In this document: one piece after another, positions 63,766 through 64,000 of the stretch
Layout: every line of letters starts with the position of its first letter
Numbering within the stretch: position 1 is the first letter of the stretch
Assembly (NCBI RefSeq): GCF_001194135.2
Contig: NC_068982.1
Coordinates: 99,951,333-100,015,332, forward strand
Reading direction: 5' to 3'
Source: Octopus bimaculoides
Taxonomy: Eukaryota
Length of the DNA stretch: 64,000 nucleotides
The notes under the pieces: generated by a model
Database searches by the model: none
Told to the model about the DNA's origin: nothing
Seen by the model: the letters and a program-made list of their open reading frames with translations, nothing else
Program-made: the position numbers and the translations under genes

Positions 63766-64000
63766 ACAATGATTCCTGCACCAACATAATTAAACCATTG
63801 GCTCTTCTACCACTACTATATTCACACCTGTTCTTCTGAACAAGCTAACACACTCCACCAAGTCAACCTGGCTTCTGCATCTCTTCTGTCATTCTTACTG
63901 TGTCTCACCTTCCAGGTTCCATATTAAACCAGTTGCTTCTCCTCTGGTATTCTCTTCTCACCTACATTTTCTCTAACAGACATCAAGCTGCAGACAGGTA

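Overview
AT-rich, gapped (nine N-runs) animal genomic DNA. The repeat vocabulary (several very abundant tRNA-derived SINE families, RTE LINE tails ending in (ATG)n, dense CA/TA/TAA/CAT microsatellites) matches what I recall of Octopus genomes. This taxon call is an inference. Almost all long six-frame ORFs are microsatellite or gap artefacts. Recognisable content is a graveyard of mobile elements: RTE LINEs with a PHD finger inside the RT, HERO-like and Dong/R4-like restriction-endonuclease retrotransposons, a Penelope-like (GIY-YIG) element, a Gypsy gag remnant, mariner/Tc1, hAT and piggyBac-type MITEs, and dozens of SINE copies. These appear to lie in the long introns of an unidentified plus-strand gene, for which six short phase-compatible exon candidates are found (6.4-40.5 kb). 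The most unusual item is at 13.36-13.91 kb. It is a tRNA-headed (Pol III A/B box) SINE-like element carrying a Penelope-type minimal hammerhead ribozyme, inserted as a head-to-head inverted dimer inside one 12-bp target-site duplication. Further hammerhead motifs (5.3, 8.45 and 42.6 kb) and a 28S rRNA fragment fused to a SINE-type tail (1.6 kb) are also present. No CRISPR array, intact tRNA or rRNA gene, or intact autonomous transposon is visible.
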